DNA of 64,000 bases, from the NCBI GenBank assembly GCA_045128515.1, contig JBGVRO010000029.1:25585-89584 (forward strand), read 5' to 3'. The DNA is from Eubacteriales bacterium (lineage in GTDB: Bacteria > Bacillota > Clostridia > Oscillospirales > CAG-272). Of this stretch, positions 62,960 to 64,000 are shown in pieces; within the stretch, counting starts at the first letter, position 1; the number at the start of each line of letters is the position of its first letter. The notes under the pieces are model-generated. The model ran no database searches. It was not told the origin of the DNA and saw nothing but the letters and a program-made list of their open reading frames with translations. A program made the translations under genes and the position numbers.

Positions 62960-64000
62960 TAAATAAAAGACTAAAAGGAATTTCGCTATTTGCAAGTGCA
63001 GGCATCGGCGAAACATACTTCAAAGATGCTGGAATAGATATTATGGTTTCCAATGAATTATTGGAACGTAGAGCAGAGTTATATAAAGCCATTTCTCCCG
63101 AAACAACCGTGGTTTGCGGTGATATTACCAAGGATGAAGTGTTTGAAAAAATCATCTCATCTGCGCCTAAAAAGGTTGATTTCCTTCTTGCATCACCTCC
63201 ATGTCAAGGAATGAGTGTTGCGGGCAAGAATAGATGTCAAGATACAATGGAGGCAGATGAGCGAAATTATTTGATTACATACGTTGTGAAAGCAATACAA
63301 AGAACAAGTCCGGACTATGTTTTAATTGAAAACGTTCCTGCGCTGTTGAAACTTTGTTTGAACTATAAAGGTGATCTCCGTACTGTTTTAGATATTCTTA
63401 AATTAGAATTTGGAAATGAATATGATATTGACAGCAAGGTGGTAGACTCTTCAGATTACGGTGTGCCGCAGGTTAGATTACGGGCTATTATCAAAATGCA
63501 TAAGTTTGATAAAACTTGGAATTGGCCTGAGATCGATAATAAAAAAGTTACCGTTAGAGAAGCAATAGGGCATCTTCCGTCACTTGAAGCGGGAGAAAAA
63601 TCCAATATCAAGTGGCATTTTGCGAGACCTCACAAAGAAGAAAATATATTGTGGATGAAACACACACCTTCGGGAAAGTCTGCTTTTTCTAATCCGGTAT
63701 ATTACCCGCAAAAGAAGGACGGAACTAAAATCAAGGGCTACGAATCGTCTTATAGAAGAATTAGATGGGATGCACCCGCACCGACAATTACAATTAGAAA
63801 CGATTGCATAGCATCGCAGCGTAATGTTCATCCGGGCCGTGAATTGCCCGATGGTACATATTCAGATGCAAGAGTTCTTACTCCATTAGAACTTATGATT
63901 TTGAACTCTTTGCCTGTGGAATGGAACATCCCGGACGATACGCCGGAACTTTTGATTAGACAATGCATTGGAGAGTCGATACCGCCTCTTATGCTTAAGA
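62956..64000 (+). CDS. DNA (cytosine-5)-methyltransferase, 3' end beyond the window
   Basis: Not in the ORF track because no stop falls inside the window. My translation from the ATG at 62956 is open to the end. It shows motif I LFASAGIG, IV SPPCQGMS, VI IENVPAL, VIII GVPQVRLRAI, IX RVLTPLELMILNSLP and X IGESIPPLM. Confidence 0.9.
   Translation, partial: MINKRLKGISLFASAGIGETYFKDAGIDIMVSNELLERRAELYKAISPETTVVCGDITKDEVFEKIISSAPKKVDFLLASPPCQGMSVAGKNRCQDTMEADERNYLITYVVKAIQRTSPDYVLIENVPALLKLCLNYKGDLRTVLDILKLEFGNEYDIDSKVVDSSDYGVPQVRLRAIIKMHKFDKTWNWPEIDNKKVTVREAIGHLPSLEAGEKSNIKWHFARPHKEENILWMKHTPSGKSAFSNPVYYPQKKDGTKIKGYESSYRRIRWDAPAPTITIRNDCIASQRNVHPGRELPDGTYSDARVLTPLELMILNSLPVEWNIPDDTPELLIRQCIGESIPPLMLK

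Larger units (their letters stand above)
61860..64000. mobile_element. edge of an integrative or transposon-like element carrying an R-M type module
   Basis: TnpV, a DUF6809-like gene, and a controller HTH plus C5 methyltransferase. The content is typical of clostridial Tn/ICE accessory ends. The element continues beyond the window. Confidence 0.55.

Overview
This window looks like a chromosomal segment of a Gram-positive anaerobe, probably Clostridia. That guess rests on Firmicutes-type gene content and synteny, GGAGG ribosome-binding sites, a T-box leader and lipoprotein-anchored glycosidases. No rRNA genes or CRISPR arrays were seen.

**Layout, left to right**
1. 1-1.2 kb: the end of an integrated element. 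A tyrosine integrase (5' end outside the window) abuts the 3' end of a tRNA-Ser(GCU).
2. 1.4-15.1 kb: housekeeping core. It holds a DUF5685-like protein, a J-domain protein, a membrane protein, rimO, pgsA, a TetR regulator, tldD, pmbA, pgk, tpiA, an acyltransferase and T-box-controlled proS.
3. 15.2-25.9 kb: a uronate-type sugar operon. It encodes two GPH/MFS symporters, an M20 peptidase, a 704-aa membrane-anchored protein of unknown function, a TIM-barrel isomerase and a GH105/GH88 hydrolase. A polytopic membrane protein and a HAD hydrolase follow.
4. 27.05-33.25 kb: a visibly AT-richer, decayed accessory island.
   - A 69-bp direct repeat brackets its left 4.6 kb.
   - It carries an XRE-HTH plus small-protein pair, and a sigma-70/ECF-like, DUF4367-type anti-sigma and secreted-protein cassette.
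   - It also carries a translationally coupled DUF5343-like / TIGR02391 (Hypoth_Ymh) pair behind a roughly 420-nt leader. This is my best candidate for an undescribed, defence-type system.
   - At least two pseudogenes are present.
5. 33.3-61.6 kb: a large Gram-positive polysaccharide utilisation locus.
   - Entry genes and regulator: AraM-like and AraL-like genes and an ArsR-type regulator.
   - Transport: a CUT1 ABC transporter with no ATPase gene.
   - Surface lipoproteins: a GH43, a CBM9-like protein, and a 1200-aa protein with a triplicated module and Cys-rich repeats.
   - Other glycosidases: a domain-permuted GH3, two GH2 enzymes and a GH78 rhamnosidase.
   - Other enzymes: a Zn-dehydrogenase plus PfkB kinase pair, a metallophosphoesterase and an MBL hydrolase.
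6. 61.65-64.0 kb: a relic of an MsmX/MalK-type ATPase gene, then the edge of another mobile element. That element carries TnpV, a DUF6809-like protein, and a controller-type HTH followed by a C5 DNA methyltransferase that runs off the window.

All family names come from reading the translated motifs and from memory. No database was searched.
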